Of a stretch of DNA of 40,237 nucleotides, positions 8,942-16,349 are shown one piece after another. A program made the translations under genes and the position numbers. This stretch comes from a virus. Below the pieces are notes generated by a model, which saw nothing but the letters and a program-made list of their open reading frames with translations, did no database searches and was not told the origin of the DNA. Numbering within the stretch: the stretch's first letter is position 1; the number at the start of each line of letters is the position of its first letter. The stretch lies in IMG/VR virus record IMGVR_UViG_3300045988_037990; one strand, 5' to 3'.

Positions 8942-10052
8942 TTGTTACACTTCCGATCTCTGGACGTTTGTCGCTTACTGGCACCAGTGTTGGTTTTCCT
9001 TGTGGCTTCTCGATATACTCACCAACAATTTCTGCAAAGTCTTTTTTTCCGACTAATTTTTCTAGAGCCGTGATAGTCTGAAGCTTTGGCTTTGTCATGA
9101 TCTGGTCGTAGTCGAATCCTGCGTTTTGAAGTGCTTCAGATGCCTTAGACTCATCTGTAATCTTTCTTTGGCTTGTTCCTTCTACAACTTTATATCCTTC
9201 GTAGTGTGTTCCTTTTAGCGCCTGATCCAGTGCAAACTTTTGTACCTCTTTGGCCCAGTCAATAAGTCCAGGTAGTTCTGGCAAAAGCTCCGCGATTTGC
9301 TGATCGGTTAAAATCATTCCGCACATGCGCTGATATCTTTCATTGATTGCTTTCATCTTTGCAGCGTGTGCTGCGCATTGCGCTTTGGCCTTGCAGAACT
9401 TGCACCAATCTCCGGCTTGTTGTTCTCCGTCTCCGTTCCACGCTTCTATAGCTGCAGGCTTGACCGTGTTCTCCATCCAGTCTGCCAGTTCTTCGGTAGT
9501 AAGTTCCCAGGTGCTGATGTGGTCACGTCTAGGCTGTACGATATGAAGCTGAACTTTTTCAAAATCGTATAGGCAGTCATATAAAGCCATAACTCCTGCG
9601 GCGTAAATAGTAAGCTGCGGATTGTGTGGGGCATTTACCTTGACACCTTCTCCGTATTTAAAATCGATAACGTGGAGCGTGTGATTGCTTACGATCACAG
9701 CGTCGGATGTTCCGAATCCTTCCGGAATCCATGGAGTCAAATCAACTTGTACCTCGATAAAAAGATCCGCGATATCGCTTTTCTTTTTCTCTTTGTTATA
9801 TACCTCTAGAACATAGTCTTTATAGAAGTTTGTAGCCTCGTCCATTTCTCCGTTAGCTGCTTTTACTTTTCTTCTTGGATGTCCTTCGATCCAGTTACGA
9901 AGTTTCTGTTCTGCTACACTGTGAGCCTCTGTTCCCTCTGCTGCGTAGACGCTTGGCTTTTCTTCGAATAATTCCTCCAATCTAGCGGAAGGGTGGCAGT
10001 GAATCCATTTATCGGACCCACTGGCTGATAAAATCGCGTGTTGACTAGGCAT
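8916..10052 (-). CDS. DUF2800-like PD-(D/E)XK (Cas4-like) nuclease
   Basis: The N-terminus reads SQHAILSASGSDKWIHCHPS, and a C-terminal cysteine cluster reads CKFCKAKAQC. I chose the ATG at 10052 because it has a GGGAGG SD. The longest ORF starts with GTG at 10097. Confidence 0.75.
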   Translation of the reverse strand: MPSQHAILSASGSDKWIHCHPSARLEELFEEKPSVYAAEGTEAHSVAEQKLRNWIEGHPRRKVKAANGEMDEATNFYKDYVLEVYNKEKKKSDIADLFIEVQVDLTPWIPEGFGTSDAVIVSNHTLHVIDFKYGEGVKVNAPHNPQLTIYAAGVMALYDCLYDFEKVQLHIVQPRRDHISTWELTTEELADWMENTVKPAAIEAWNGDGEQQAGDWCKFCKAKAQCAAHAAKMKAINERYQRMCGMILTDQQIAELLPELPGLIDWAKEVQKFALDQALKGTHYEGYKVVEGTSQRKITDESKASEALQNAGFDYDQIMTKPKLQTITALEKLVGKKDFAEIVGEYIEKPQGKPTLVPVSDKRPEIGSVTNDFKDGID

Positions 10053-10506
10053 GTAGCGCCTCCCAGGCTTCCTGATATTTCTCTTTAGGAATCTCACAGA
10101 TCTTGCTAGCTCCCATCTGAGTTAGGAGTACTTTAAGTACGGCCACGCCTTTTTCTTTGGCAAATGCAACGCCGGCTTTTTGAAGGTCCTCTAGTGTGAT
10201 TTCTTTTGCTGGAGCCTGATCAGGTTCTGGCGTTGGCTTTACAGTCTCATGAATAGGCTCGTTTTGAGTCGTCCAATCTTTGGCCATTAGAATCTCAGTC
10301 TCATTTTCTTTTTCTTTACGAGTTGGCGTTTCCTTTGTTGGCGCTTCTTGTTTTGGCGCTTCTTCTTCCCATGGGAATGTTTCAGGCTCAGGCAGCTTTT
10401 CCCCTAGCCCTGCGCGCTTTAGGTCTAGCTCTTTGGCTAGTTCCAACACTTTTTTAGCGTCGTCGATTTCGCTTGTTGCGAATTGCAATGTTAATTGGTA
10501 ATACAT
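10045..10506 (-). CDS. Hypothetical acidic protein with an E/P/K-rich linker
   Basis: 153-aa ORF with codon-consistent reading, in the operon. Confidence 0.6.
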   Translation of the reverse strand: MYYQLTLQFATSEIDDAKKVLELAKELDLKRAGLGEKLPEPETFPWEEEAPKQEAPTKETPTRKEKENETEILMAKDWTTQNEPIHETVKPTPEPDQAPAKEITLEDLQKAGVAFAKEKGVAVLKVLLTQMGASKICEIPKEKYQEAWEALHA

Positions 10507-10748
10507 CTATTTTTCCTCCTTTTTCTTGATCTTTTAGACATTTCCTCTAAGAAAGCTACTTGAAAGGCTTTCATGGCTGCTTTTAAAACTTCATCTCTTT
10601 CTTCTTCTGGTACTTTGAACATATCAAATAGAAGCTTGTCATTTTGCGAGATTCGTTCACATTTAGTACGGATTCCATGTAGTCCCTTTAATCCTTGAAT
10701 AGGTTCTACTAGGCTCACTTTTATTCTGTATAAATTCAAAGGATCCAT
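10491..10748 (-). CDS. Hypothetical protein
   Basis: 85-aa ORF. Its start forms a TAATG junction with the upstream gene. Confidence 0.55.
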   Translation of the reverse strand: MDPLNLYRIKVSLVEPIQGLKGLHGIRTKCERISQNDKLLFDMFKVPEEERDEVLKAAMKAFQVAFLEEMSKRSRKRRKNRCITN

Positions 10749-10918
10749 TAAAAATCATCCTCCTCATCGGAGTCATCGTTGAAGAGGTCCGCGAACGCTT
10801 CAACCAGTTTCTTTGTGTGTTCTTCGTAATCCTCTTTCCTGATGTCCTCCAGTCCGTCTGTCCACATTCTTGAGGTTCCGTACTTTTCATTTATTTCCTG
10901 GAATTCCTCGAATGTCAT
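10748..10918 (-). CDS. Hypothetical acidic 56-aa protein (below the ORF-track cutoff)
   Basis: I translated it manually as MTFEEFQEINEKYGTSRMWTDGLEDIRKEDYEEHTKKLVEAFADLFNDDSDEEDDF. The SD is a strong AAGGAGGA. I prefer this frame to the listed ORF 10663-10890. Confidence 0.6.
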   Translation of the reverse strand: MTFEEFQEINEKYGTSRMWTDGLEDIRKEDYEEHTKKLVEAFADLFNDDSDEEDDF

Positions 10919-10939
10919 TTTCTAGTCCTCCTTGTTTTT

Positions 10940-11176
10940 TTACTTGGTCATTAGATCATTTAATTTTTTAAATTCTTCATATGTGATGCAGAAAGGACAC
11001 TCTTTGTCGCCCTCTTCTGCATTACAATCCCAGTGCTGTAGTTCACCACCGAATACGTCAGCGAATAATCTACAGCATCCTTTTTGATAGCTGATAGGTA
11101 AACCGTGACCATCCCAATCCTGGTCAATATAAAATGGACAATATCGCGGATCAATTTCATCAACAATAATTTGCAT
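10940..11176 (-). CDS. Cysteine-rich hypothetical protein
   Basis: 78 aa with cysteine motifs CPF...CC...C...CPFC. The SD is GGAGGA. Confidence 0.6.
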   Translation of the reverse strand: MQIIVDEIDPRYCPFYIDQDWDGHGLPISYQKGCCRLFADVFGGELQHWDCNAEEGDKECPFCITYEEFKKLNDLMTK

Positions 11177-11179
11177 TTT

Positions 11180-11464
11180 CTAGTCCTCCGTTTCTTCCAT
11201 TTCTACGCCTTCTAGGCTTTCGCTTAGATTTACTACCTGCTGTACAAAGTCTCGAAGCATGGCCTTAACAGCATGTTTTAGAATCGATCTACATTCCTCT
11301 GGATTGACATCCATCACTTTAAGAAAGGCCATTATCTCGGGTCTGCTTCCTTCGATATGTGTCTCTAATTGCATGTTGTCTTCAACGTCTGGCGCTAGTG
11401 CAACTTCTACTGAGAAAAGCTTTAATTCTCTTTTTGCAGGTTTTTCTTTTTCAATAGTGATCAT
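11180..11464 (-). CDS. Hypothetical protein
   Basis: 94-aa ORF with a GAGGAGGA SD. Confidence 0.6.
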   Translation of the reverse strand: MITIEKEKPAKRELKLFSVEVALAPDVEDNMQLETHIEGSRPEIMAFLKVMDVNPEECRSILKHAVKAMLRDFVQQVVNLSESLEGVEMEETED

Positions 11465-11466
11465 GT

Positions 11467-11796
11467 TTAGTCCTCCTCTGTTACTTCACAATCTGCTAGG
11501 ATACCTTTGACTGTTGCATCCTCATCAATGCCTTTGAAATGCCCTTTTTCTTTCATTCTGAGTAAAACAGGTATAGCTTTGAATTTGTATTTGTATATAT
11601 TTGAAGCGCTTTGTAACAAGTCTTTTTCAAATTTAGTTAATTTGTATGCTGGCTTTTTGTGAGGACTTGCCAATTTATACTGCTTCAACTCCTCCAGCCA
11701 AGCTGCAAGTTGCTTATGTTCTTCTCTACAATCTTCACACATAGATTGATTTTCAGATAACTCTTTTGCGTGAGCAATCGCTTCATCTAATGTCAT
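11467..11796 (-). CDS. Hypothetical protein
   Basis: 109-aa ORF with an AAGGAGGA SD. Confidence 0.6.
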   Translation of the reverse strand: MTLDEAIAHAKELSENQSMCEDCREEHKQLAAWLEELKQYKLASPHKKPAYKLTKFEKDLLQSASNIYKYKFKAIPVLLRMKEKGHFKGIDEDATVKGILADCEVTEED

Positions 11797-11822
11797 TCTT
11801 TCTTTTTCCTCCTTGTATTTTT

Positions 11823-11852
11823 GAACACGTGCTGTATAATATAAGCGTGTTC
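11823..11852. promoter_or_regulatory. 7-bp inverted repeat (GAACACG/CGTGTTC) enclosing a TGTATAAT element; candidate operator or internal promoter
   Basis: I read the sequence directly as gaacacgtgctgtataatataagcgtgttc. It overlaps the first copy of the 13-mer GTGTTCTATTGCT. Confidence 0.3.
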
Positions 11853-11889
11853 TATTGCTAGAGCCTTATTCGTTTTCGAACGAGGTCTT

Positions 11890-12150
11890 CTAGCCTTTTT
11901 TTATAGAACGCTCGTAGGATTCTACGATATTCTTTTGTGTAAGGCCTAGATACTGAATAGCACGTTTGGTCAGGATGACGTTGCTGTCGATATTTTCTAA
12001 GCCTTCTTTTTTTATATCTTCCATGATCTTCTGAAAGATTTTGCTTCCTTTACCCCTTCCACAACCTATAAACTTTGATAGCTCGGATATGTTCATGTAT
12101 CCCTTTTCCATCATCTCGTATCTGTAGGCTGCTAGGTTTTCTACTTGCAA
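11890..12150 (-). CDS. Small HTH DNA-binding protein (possible Xis- or Cro-like role)
   Basis: The HTH-like segment reads NISELSKFIGCGRGKGSKIFQKI. The start is TTG preceded by AAGGAGGTG. Confidence 0.5.
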   Translation of the reverse strand: MQVENLAAYRYEMMEKGYMNISELSKFIGCGRGKGSKIFQKIMEDIKKEGLENIDSNVILTKRAIQYLGLTQKNIVESYERSIKKG

Positions 12151-12165
12151 AATGCACCACCTCCT

Positions 12166-12384
12166 TTAAAGCATTTGATAGATCATGATCCAAACCGCTA
12201 CGATTAGCGACAGGATCAGGATTAGGATCGCAACGTTTAGCACTGTTACAAGTCCAGATCTGAATTTCTGTTTTCTGATTCTTTTTTGTTCTGCATAGAA
12301 TGCTTCCAGTCTTAGTCTTTCTCCGTGAAGGTTGATACCCTCCGCAAAGTCTGGAAGCTCTGCGCCTGTTGTCTTGTGTTCCAT
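12166..12384 (-). CDS. C-terminally membrane-anchored small protein
   Basis: 72 aa. The C-terminal TM segment reads VTVLNVAILILILSLIVAVWIMI. The SD is GGGAG. Confidence 0.55.
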   Translation of the reverse strand: MEHKTTGAELPDFAEGINLHGERLRLEAFYAEQKRIRKQKFRSGLVTVLNVAILILILSLIVAVWIMIYQML

Positions 12385-12434
12385 TTCTCTTTCTCCCTTT
12401 CGTGATACAATCTCCTATGAAAGGAGGTTTTTTT

Positions 12435-12827
12435 ATGACTGATAAGTTAGCTAATATCTTGACTGTAGCTCTTGCCTTTGCTGCGATTATTTCTCCAAGT
12501 ATTACAGCGATTATAAATAATCGATATCATCTAAAGCTTCGTAAGCTTGAGATTGAAGCGGATAGAAGAAAAACTGATATCCAATCCAAGAAGGATATTT
12601 ATATAGGCTTTCTTCAGTATGCTGGCAAATATTTATATCTAGGCCAGGCTACAGCCCTTCAAGAACTCGGTGAATATATCTATAGGCTTCTTCCTCTGGT
12701 TTCTCCTGATCTTCGCAATAAGCTAATCGAATTCAATAAGCTTTTGGCAACCGATCGACATACTGCTAGAAGATTACTAGAAGAATTGACCCCAGATATT
12801 AAGAAAGAGCTCGAAGAATTAAACTAG
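12435..12827 (+). CDS. Membrane-anchored coiled-coil protein on the opposite strand to its neighbours (moron-like)
   Basis: I chose the start at MTDKLANIL because it follows AAGGAGG plus 7 nt. The N-terminal TM reads ILTVALAFAAIISPSITAII. A candidate extended -10, TGATACAAT, lies upstream. Confidence 0.6.
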   Translation: MTDKLANILTVALAFAAIISPSITAIINNRYHLKLRKLEIEADRRKTDIQSKKDIYIGFLQYAGKYLYLGQATALQELGEYIYRLLPLVSPDLRNKLIEFNKLLATDRHTARRLLEELTPDIKKELEELN

Positions 12828-12963
12828 ATACTGCTATAAACCAGATTAGAATCGCATACACTCTGTACCATGTGTTTTCCGGTTCTAATTTTTTCATTGT
12901 CGGGATTCCTACCATTACGGCTACCGTTAGAATGAAGATCCCTCCTACAACTATTGCGTCCAT
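12799..12963 (-). CDS. 54-aa two-TM peptide (below the ORF-track cutoff)
   Basis: I translated it manually as MDAIVVGGIFILTVAVMVGIPTMKKLEPENTWYRVYAILIWFIAVSSLILRALS. The SD is a strong AGAGGAGGTGA. Confidence 0.5.
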   Translation of the reverse strand: MDAIVVGGIFILTVAVMVGIPTMKKLEPENTWYRVYAILIWFIAVSSLILRALS

Positions 12964-12978
12964 TTACTTCACCTCCTC

Positions 12979-13095
12979 TTATTTCTTTTGTTCTTCCAGT
13001 GTGTACAAATTGGGAAGTATTAAATCGTATCTTTTTCCAGATTCCTCTAGTCCTTTTAAGATTTTGTTAACCAATTCTTCAACTTCAATAGGCAT
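12979..13095 (-). CDS. 38-aa peptide (below the ORF-track cutoff)
   Basis: I translated it manually as MPIEVEELVNKILKGLEESGKRYDLILPNLYTLEEQKK. The SD is a strong GAGGAGGTGA. Confidence 0.45.
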   Translation of the reverse strand: MPIEVEELVNKILKGLEESGKRYDLILPNLYTLEEQKK

Positions 13096-13263
13096 CTACT
13101 TCACCTCCTCCTGTTTCTCTGGTTCCTTGGCTGCTGGTGCTGGTTGAGCGTCTTTAGCTCCGGCAATGTAGCCTTGAATAAATGATTTCTGTCTTTCATT
13201 TAAATCTTTTACATACTCAGCGTTTTCTTTTAAATCTTTTAACTCAAAATTGCTTTTATTCAT
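13096..13263 (-). CDS. 55-aa first gene of the early leftward operon (below the ORF-track cutoff)
   Basis: I translated it manually as MNKSNFELKDLKENAEYVKDLNERQKSFIQGYIAGAKDAQPAPAAKEPEKQEEVK. The SD is GAAGGTGA. It lies directly downstream of the candidate early promoter. Confidence 0.5.
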   Translation of the reverse strand: MNKSNFELKDLKENAEYVKDLNERQKSFIQGYIAGAKDAQPAPAAKEPEKQEEVK

Positions 13264-13281
13264 GTTTTATCACCTTCTTTA

Positions 13282-13309
13282 TTGCTTTTATTCAAGTTAT
13301 GTCTATAAT
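13282..13309 (+). promoter_or_regulatory. Candidate sigma-70-type promoter toward the XRE gene
   Basis: TTGCTT (13282-13287), a 16-nt spacer, then TATAAT (13304-13309). Confidence 0.45.
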
Positions 13310-13335
13310 TTACCCCTCAATGTACAGAATGTCAA
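13307..13335 (-). promoter_or_regulatory. Candidate early promoter for the minus-strand operon
   Basis: On the minus strand: TTGACA (complement of 13330-13335), a 17-nt spacer, then TAAATT (complement of 13307-13312). Its -10 overlaps the plus-strand TATAAT. Confidence 0.45.
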
Positions 13336-13343
13336 CACAAAAA

Positions 13344-13358
13344 CTTGAATTATTCAAG
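13344..13358. promoter_or_regulatory. Perfect 15-bp palindromic operator candidate, CTTGAATtATTCAAG
   Basis: I read it directly. The 9-mer TTATTCAAG recurs at 13288-13296. The palindrome overlaps TTGAAT (13345-13350), the -35 of a second plus-strand promoter that ends TGtTATTCT (-10 at 13367-13372). Confidence 0.5.
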
Positions 13359-13394
13359 ATTTGTGTTATTCTTTCGGTGAGGAGGAAAATAAAA

Positions 13395-13748
13395 ATGCTA
13401 GGGCAAAGAGTAAAAGAGATTCGAAAAGGTTTAGGCCTTACAATGAAAAAATTCGCTGAACCTCTTGGCTTATCTGAATCGGCTATAAGTCATATAGAAA
13501 ACGGATCAGCAAATCCATCCGAAAGTACTAAAAAATTAATATGTTCTGTATACGGGGTGGACTACTTTTGGTTAACTGAAGGAAAAGGAAAACCCTTTAT
13601 CAACGCTACGCAGCTTTTATTAGAGCAGCTAGCCATCGAAAATCACTGGGATTCAGAAACTTTAGATATTATGAAAAAGTTATATGAATTACCTCCAGAG
13701 CAGTTTGATCTAGTTCTAGGAATGATTAAAAATATGAAAGACGAGTAA
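13395..13748 (+). CDS. XRE-family HTH transcriptional regulator (repressor candidate next to the switch)
   Basis: The HTH reads LGQRVKEIRKGLGLTMKKFAEPLGLSESAISHIENG. I chose the start at 13395 because it follows GGTGAGGAGGA. The listed ORF start at 13182 is a non-coding extension. Confidence 0.85.
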   Translation: MLGQRVKEIRKGLGLTMKKFAEPLGLSESAISHIENGSANPSESTKKLICSVYGVDYFWLTEGKGKPFINATQLLLEQLAIENHWDSETLDIMKKLYELPPEQFDLVLGMIKNMKDE

Positions 13749-13778
13749 TCCTGTTTAGGTTGGTTACTCGTCTTTTAT
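13740..13778 (+). terminator. Rho-independent terminator of the XRE gene
   Basis: A 9-bp stem pairs GACGAGTAA (13740-13748) with TTACTCGTC (13764-13772), followed by TTTTAT. Confidence 0.75.
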
Positions 13779-14059
13779 AAAAAGAAAAACGCAGAACCTG
13801 TTTCCAAGTCCTGCCTTCTTCCGCGTGTGTTCTATTGCTGTGTTCCGTGTCTGATCCAGATTCTTTGTAGGATTTTATAGGCCTGTTCAAGGCCCTGCTG
13901 ATCCATGGTCTGGAGCATGAATTCGATTTTCTTTTTGAGTTCCTCTATCCCATCTGCTTTCCCTTCTTTCTTAAAAGCTCTTTTCCTAATTGCCTACAGT
14001 TTACAGCTATGAACGCATTTTGTCAAACTTTTACGGTTATTATTTTGTATTTTTTATTA

Positions 14060-14088
14060 TTTACTTTTTAAACCTAAAAGATTAATAT
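14060..14088 (+). promoter_or_regulatory. Candidate promoter for the CI-like gene and int
   Basis: TTTACT, a 17-nt spacer, then TAATAT, in an AT-rich tract about 25 nt upstream of the RBS. Confidence 0.3.
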
Positions 14089-14111
14089 AAACCTAGGAGG
14101 TGTAATTAACT

Positions 14112-14732
14112 ATGAATAAATTGAATGAAGTCTTATCTTCCAAGCTCCCTGAGCTGATGAAAGAGTCTGGTGTCAGTCGTAGAGATTTGGCCGAGTATTG
14201 TGGTGTTTCTTATAACACCGTGCGGTGTTGGGAGGTTGGCACTAAAGCGCCAAGGCCAGATATGGTTGTAAAAATTGCAGAACGATTCAATCTGAAACCT
14301 CTTGATCTGATGAGCGCAGCCTTTGAAGATTCTGCAGTAAAGCCTGTCCGCTTTCTGTCCCTGGTCGACGAGGACGGGTCTGTATCTAAGTCAAGTAGCT
14401 CGTCAGTCTTTACATCTACGGCTACAGATGTTGCCGCGGATTATATCTATGTCATGCCTGATGAAACTATGTATAAGGCGGATATTATCAAGGGCGACGT
14501 CTGCCTGATTCGCGCCACAGGTGCTATTCGTGCTGGTGTGCCTATGCTAGTGAAGTATCAAGGTAAAGCCATGCTGCGCTTTATTATTACGCATAACGAA
14601 ACGAACCAGATTGCTTTACGTACTGCCAGTCCGTATGCGATTGGGACTCTCTTCTCGACGGCAGACTTTCATGATCAGGTTCAGGTTTTAGGTGTTTTAG
14701 TCGCTTTTCGTAGAAATTATAAAAGGAGGTAA
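14112..14732 (+). CDS. CI/LexA-like repressor: N-terminal XRE HTH plus C-terminal S24-peptidase-like domain
   Basis: The HTH reads SRRDLAEYCGVSYNTVRCWEVG. The C-terminal part follows the pattern VMPDETMYKADIIKGDVCLI...GKAMLRFI...VLGVLVAF, which resembles the S24 fold. Confidence 0.8.
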   Translation: MNKLNEVLSSKLPELMKESGVSRRDLAEYCGVSYNTVRCWEVGTKAPRPDMVVKIAERFNLKPLDLMSAAFEDSAVKPVRFLSLVDEDGSVSKSSSSSVFTSTATDVAADYIYVMPDETMYKADIIKGDVCLIRATGAIRAGVPMLVKYQGKAMLRFIITHNETNQIALRTASPYAIGTLFSTADFHDQVQVLGVLVAFRRNYKRR

Positions 14733-14738
14733 TCTCTT

Positions 14739-15845
14739 ATGGCTCAGCAAAAGGACACAAAAAGGGGAACCTGGATGTTCTATGGTTCCTGTAAGGATAT
14801 TACCGGAAAGACTCAGCGATATTGTCGTCGAGGTTTCAAAACAAAAAAGGAAGCAAAAGAGGCCGAGTTTGCCTTCCGTCTGGAAATGACTACCGCTCGG
14901 CCTTCTATAACCTTAAATGAATTGTTTCAGTTATACTGCAAAAACGCAGAGAATATGTCCGTAAAAGGATCCACTCTCTATACGCACGTACATACTTATA
15001 AAAATCACATCCAGGATGATTTGGGAAGCCTGAAGCTTACGGCGCTTACGACTCCCGTTCTTGATCAGTGGAGAAACCGTCTGCTTCAAAAGAAAAAGCC
15101 GAATGGTCAGCTTTATGCTGCCCCCACTTTAAATGGCATCTTAGATACTCTATCCGTTATTCTTTCCTATTCCGTGAGGCTTGGATATCTTGAAGTAAAC
15201 CCGTGCAGATCTTTGCCTATCGTAAAAGACAAGCGGAATTTAAAGGACCAGAGTCTGTTATTCTGGGAGCAGGAAACCTTTACGCACTTTATATCGTGCG
15301 TAGACGACCAGTACTGGCGTGATGTCTTTATGTTTATGTTTGGCACTGGTGTCCGTAAATCTGAAATGTTTGCCCTTCAATGGTCGGATGTTGATCTAGG
15401 CAGAGGCCGGGTGCATATTTCAAAAACATTAACGATAAAAACAGAATCGGCTCCGTGGGAGATTACTCCGCCTAAATCTAAAAACTCAAACAGATATATT
15501 GATCTACAGGATACTCTTCTAGATTGCTTAAGGCGTCGATATAGCGAGCAACAAAAGAAGGACGGGTTCTCGTCCTCCTGGTTTGTGTTTGGCCATATAA
15601 AGCCACTTCTGGCGCCCAGACTGGCTGTTGCTTTGAAGAGATATATCCAGGTTGCTGGTGTTCCGCCTATCTCCCCTCATGGCTTTAGGCACTCCCATGC
15701 GACGCTGCTGATTCGTGCCGGTGTAGATGATCAGCTGATCGCAGAAAGGCTAGGGCACTCTGTTAGTGAATTAAGAAAAACTTACGCCCATATATACTCC
15801 GAATCTAGGCGTGAAATGCTGGATAAACTGAATAAAATTTTATAA
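14739..15845 (+). CDS. int: Tyrosine recombinase / phage integrase
   Basis: The catalytic region reads HGFRHSHATLL...LGHS...TYAHIY, giving the R..HxxR..Y signature. The N-terminal arm-binding-like segment reads KRGTWMFYGS...GFKTKKEA. Confidence 0.92.
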   Translation: MAQQKDTKRGTWMFYGSCKDITGKTQRYCRRGFKTKKEAKEAEFAFRLEMTTARPSITLNELFQLYCKNAENMSVKGSTLYTHVHTYKNHIQDDLGSLKLTALTTPVLDQWRNRLLQKKKPNGQLYAAPTLNGILDTLSVILSYSVRLGYLEVNPCRSLPIVKDKRNLKDQSLLFWEQETFTHFISCVDDQYWRDVFMFMFGTGVRKSEMFALQWSDVDLGRGRVHISKTLTIKTESAPWEITPPKSKNSNRYIDLQDTLLDCLRRRYSEQQKKDGFSSSWFVFGHIKPLLAPRLAVALKRYIQVAGVPPISPHGFRHSHATLLIRAGVDDQLIAERLGHSVSELRKTYAHIYSESRREMLDKLNKIL

Positions 15846-15848
15846 AAA

Positions 15849-16053
15849 ATACATCAAAAATACATCACAAAGTAGTTAGGTGCTTTATATATAGGCATTT
15901 TAGCTACTTTTTCTCTATGTTTAACCTCTAATGACTATGCTTCCTTATGTCTCATTTTGTTTTATCTATACTCATTTTGACTTCTTTTGTCGCTTACTGT
16001 TCTTTTTTGATTCTAGAACTTTTAGCCTTTATACATCAAAATTACATCACAAA
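15849..16053. other. Candidate attP region with flanking arm-type repeats
   Basis: The 23-mer ATACATCAAAA(A/T)TACATCACAAA occurs at 15849-15871 and 16031-16053, matching at 22/23 positions. Each copy holds 2x TACATCA. An imperfect palindrome around TATATATA lies at 15871-15908. Confidence 0.55.
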
Positions 16054-16082
16054 AAAGGGGCCTACTCGGCCTCTTTCTTTTG
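16051..16082. terminator. Bidirectional terminator between attP and the cargo genes
   Basis: GGGGCC (16057-16062) pairs with GGCCTC (16068-16073). The hairpin is flanked by an A-run and a T-run. Confidence 0.5.
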
Positions 16083-16170
16083 TCGTTCTATATCTTCTCT
16101 GATCAGATCTTTCAGGTATCTGTTAACGCTCTCTTTTGTGTCTAGGTATTCCAGAATGTCTGTATCCTCC

Positions 16171-16332
16171 TTAGTCTTCTATTATTTCCATTAGTACGTC
16201 CTTAGCGTCTTCGTCGCAATTATGTTTGTATAGCCAGTTTGCTACTTCCTTTACTGTCATCATGTGTTCATTGTAATACAATTGATCCATCATGTCTTCC
16301 CTTAATCTCATCACTGCTTCTTCTCTAGTCAT
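16171..16332 (-). CDS. 53-aa acidic protein (below the ORF-track cutoff)
   Basis: I translated it manually as MTREEAVMRLREDMMDQLYYNEHMMTVKEVANWLYKHNCDEDAKDVLMEIIED. The SD is a strong AAAGGAGGA. Confidence 0.5.
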   Translation of the reverse strand: MTREEAVMRLREDMMDQLYYNEHMMTVKEVANWLYKHNCDEDAKDVLMEIIED

Positions 16333-16349
16333 GTTACGATTCCTCCTTT

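Noticed and set aside
10663-10890. Listed 75-aa ORF (MKSTEPQECGQ...)
   Set aside because: It has no SD and an odd composition. The alternative frame 10748-10918 has a strong AAGGAGGA SD, a TAATG junction with the next gene and a plausible acidic product.
13182-13394. N-terminal 71-codon extension of the XRE ORF (and similarly 12369-12434 for the plus-strand membrane gene)
   Set aside because: The extension runs through the promoter/operator region. A strong SD precedes the internal ATG at 13395 (and at 12435).
15931-16194. Plus-strand 87-aa Phe-rich ORF in the attP region
   Set aside because: Its low-complexity F/S/L composition is what AT-rich non-coding DNA produces. It crosses the bidirectional terminator and has no SD.
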